Assembly (NCBI GenBank): GCA_013239625.1
Contig: MU053588.1
Location: 1,684,508 to 1,748,507, forward strand
DNA: 64,000 bases
From: Lama guanicoe
Taxonomy: Eukaryota
Direction of reading: 5' to 3'
Part shown: positions 54,466 through 64,000 of the stretch, one piece after another
How positions within the stretch are numbered: position 1 is the stretch's first letter
Layout: each line of letters begins with the position of its first letter
Notes under the pieces: model-generated
What the model saw: the letters and a program-made list of their open reading frames with translations, nothing else
The model's database searches: none
What the model was told of the DNA's origin: nothing
Translations under genes and position numbers: made by a program

Positions 54466-54612
54466 GGGAGGGGAAAATCCAAGACAGAGAAAGATGGAGA
54501 AAGAAGCAGTGACATCAATATACACATTTTGCGGAGGACCTACAGCCTGACATCATTTACAGAAGTCTTAAACTGGTATTTGCAATTAAATGTCCAGGCA
54601 TCTAAGAGGCGA

Positions 54613-54631
54613 TACCACCCCCTGGCGGCCA
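54613..54631 (-). promoter_or_regulatory. CTCF motif (reverse) next to the tRNA gene
   Basis: Minus strand TGGCCGCCAGGGGGTGGTA matches 16/19 positions of the consensus TGGCCACCAGGGGGCGCTA. Confidence 0.6.
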
Positions 54632-54797
54632 AGAGGAAAATGGCACCTCACCACACAAAACACTCCATAACCGATCGTCGCCAGTCCCAGGAGTCTTTAC
54701 AGCTTGAAAATCCAGAAAATCGAAACGTTCACTCCTCTTAACGATGTAGATGTTTGGGTTGATTAAAAAGATGTATAGATTTATAGAAAGTTAAAAT

Positions 54798-54890
54798 TGC
54801 TCCAGGTGAGGATCGAACTCACAACCTCGGCATCGCTCCGCTCGCACTGCTATATAAGTACCGCGCGCTAACCGATTGCGCCACTGGAGC
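54798..54890 (-). tRNA. TRI-TAT: tRNA-Ile (anticodon TAT) with 19-nt intron
   Basis: Minus strand GCTCCAGTGGCGCAATCGGTTAGCGCGCGGTACTTATA [tagcagtgcgagcggagcg] ATGCCGAGGTTGTGAGTTCGATCCTCACCTGGAGCA. Exons 54890-54853 and 54833-54798, anticodon 54856-54854. A and B boxes intact; TTTT terminator at 54796-54793. Confidence 0.98.
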
Positions 54891-54899
54891 TTCGGCCGC

Positions 54900-56520
54900 A
54901 CCCTTGCGCAGCGGGGTCCTTCAGTCATTCGTGGCCACGTGACCTCGCTGAGCCAGCCCCGCCTTATTCTTGCATATACCAAAAAGAATCTTCGGGTTGG
55001 CTAATAGGAGCAAGTACGTCACCATTTCCGGATTCTCACGCCTCCAAGGCTCTTGCTGTAAAAGGGAAAAGTCCGCGAGGCGTTAGGAATGTGGGGGTGT
55101 AGCCTGCCTGGGACGCGCCTTCTTATGAATATTCAGAATCCGGGGAGGAGGGGGTCTTAACCCCTCACTGACTGGCCGGCCGGAAGGCGGCCCCTCCCCC
55201 CCGCGGGCGGGAACAGGATATGAGCCTGGGCGGCTGGGGGGAGGGGAAGCCCCAGGCGACCGCCCCCCGCCCCACAGCTAGGACCAGACTTTACAGCCAC
55301 AGATGTGGCGCCGCCGCCGCCGCCAGAGCCCCGTGCCGCGCATCCCGGAGCCTGACGGGTCCAGAGTCTCAGACTCCAGCCGCCCGAATCTCTGCACCGC
55401 GTCTTGAGAGACCCCGAAGCCCAAGCCCCGGCGTCCAGGCTAGAGGACCCCAGATAGCCAGGTGCCCAGCGCCCCCTCCTGGAGGTGCCGGAGTCCGGGA
55501 CATTAGCCCCGTGCGACCCTGGAGGCTGAGCTTCCTGCACCCGGTTTCGAAGAATTTAGGATCCCAGACTGGAGATTCCCTCTGGGGTTTCCCAGAAAGC
55601 TGAGCTCAAGACTCCCGGGGTTGGAGGAACTTGGGTTACAGACGCCTAGCGCCTCAATCAGCCCGTTTTGGGTTGAAGCGCCCACTACTTAAAGAGGACT
55701 CTGGAATTTGGGACACCCTGCGCTCCTGCCTGGAAGTGGTTTAATCCCTGTTCCTAGATTTAGGGAACTCACAGGAATTCGGGTCCCCTCACTGCCCCAT
55801 CTAGAAGACTCAGTAATTTGGGCCCCCAACACCCCCAACTGAGACCCAAGAGCCGAGACTCCCAGCATCTTCCATTTAGAAGACCAAAGAAATTCGGACC
55901 ACTGCCCCCCAATCTCCGAAAGACGCCGGATTCTGGTTCTCGGAGCCTACAAGCTCGAAGTTTACGCCCCTGACTTGCAGAGACCCAGGAGCCCCGGCTC
56001 TGCGCCTCCCCGGGGACCGTGCTCGAGTCGAATAGGAACCGGACTGCCTCGGTTCGGGGCTGGAGACTCCAGGGGAGGTGAGGGGGAAGGCGAGGGGCCC
56101 CACCGGGCTGGGGGAGGGGGCGGCGCCGCTGCAGCTGAACAATGAGGGGGCGTGCCGGCGGGGGGCGAGCGGAGGCGCCGGCGGGAGTTGGGGGCTAGAG
56201 GGGTGTAGGGAGGCGCTCGGCGGGAGCTGCGGCGATGGGGACAGTGAGCAGATCGCGGAGGGACTGGCTGGAGGGGGTCGAGGACTCAGGGCCAGCGCCC
56301 TAGCTCGCAGCCGTTCGCGGGGGAGGGAGCCGTCTGCAGGACCCTGGCATCCGGTCCCCCAGCCTCCTCCGCCCTCCCCTGGGACCCTGCGGCCTCCCGC
56401 CTACGGCTTTTTCCCAGCCCTGCCCCTGGCCCTCGGCTCCAGCCAGAGCCCAAAAGTTCCCAGGATCCCTGAACCTCCGGCCCCAGACACACTAGACTCG
56501 GGGCTTCGGCGACTCTTTTG
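54900..56520 (+). promoter_or_regulatory. PLEKHG2: PLEKHG2 CpG-island promoter and 5' non-coding region
   Basis: CpG-rich. E-box CCACGTGAC near 54935, CRE half-site TACGTCA near 55016, GC boxes. Lies upstream of the ATG exon (acceptor at 56750). Confidence 0.65.
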
Positions 56521-56770
56521 CTCGCTTCACTCTCCTTTGTCTCGTCCTTTCCATCCATCTTTTTTCAGTATTAAAGCTCCTTGTCCCTTTCCTTCTGTCA
56601 CTTTGTCTCTGTCTCCCTTTTTAGTTACTCCCAGGACCCCCTCCCTGGATTTAGACCACACTCCTAGTTCTCAGCCCCTAGTCTGTGAGTTGGGGGGGGG
56701 CAAGGAGGCTTATGGGGTCCTGATATCCAAGAAGGGGGTCTTTCTGCAGAAGCTGCGGATCCACTCAGCC

Positions 56771-64000
<7,230 letters not shown>

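Noticed and set aside
56078..56770. 299-aa ORF extending upstream of the PLEKHG2 ATG
   Set aside because: Non-ATG start, GC-rich low-complexity sequence crossing a splice acceptor; probably open by chance.

Overview
Mammalian genomic DNA with the gene order SAMD4B(+) - PAF1(-) - MED29(+) - ZFP36/TTP(+) - intron-containing tRNA-Ile(TAT)(-) - PLEKHG2(+, truncated at the window end). This is the block syntenic to human 19q13.2. The SAMD4B (695 aa), PAF1 (532 aa), MED29 (200 aa) and ZFP36 (323 aa) coding sequences assemble by hand into intact GT-AG spliced frames. I saw no Alu or ruminant/pig SINEs, and two young tRNA-derived SINEs resemble camelid vic-1, suggesting a camelid genome (inference). 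No wholly new gene system is evident. The most interesting signals are regulatory or structural: two AUG-UGA start-stop elements plus a hairpin in the SAMD4B 5'UTR; a dual-frame last exon of PAF1 that swaps an acidic tail for a basic one and ends just before a distal poly(A) signal; a convergent CTCF pair, one beside the tRNA gene, bracketing ZFP36 and its AP-1/GAS/NF-kB motif cluster; MSR1-like minisatellites; a near-perfect 168-bp tandem duplication; and an exact 32-bp copy inside an L2 remnant. Repeat boundaries and family names are approximate, and comparisons with human are from memory.
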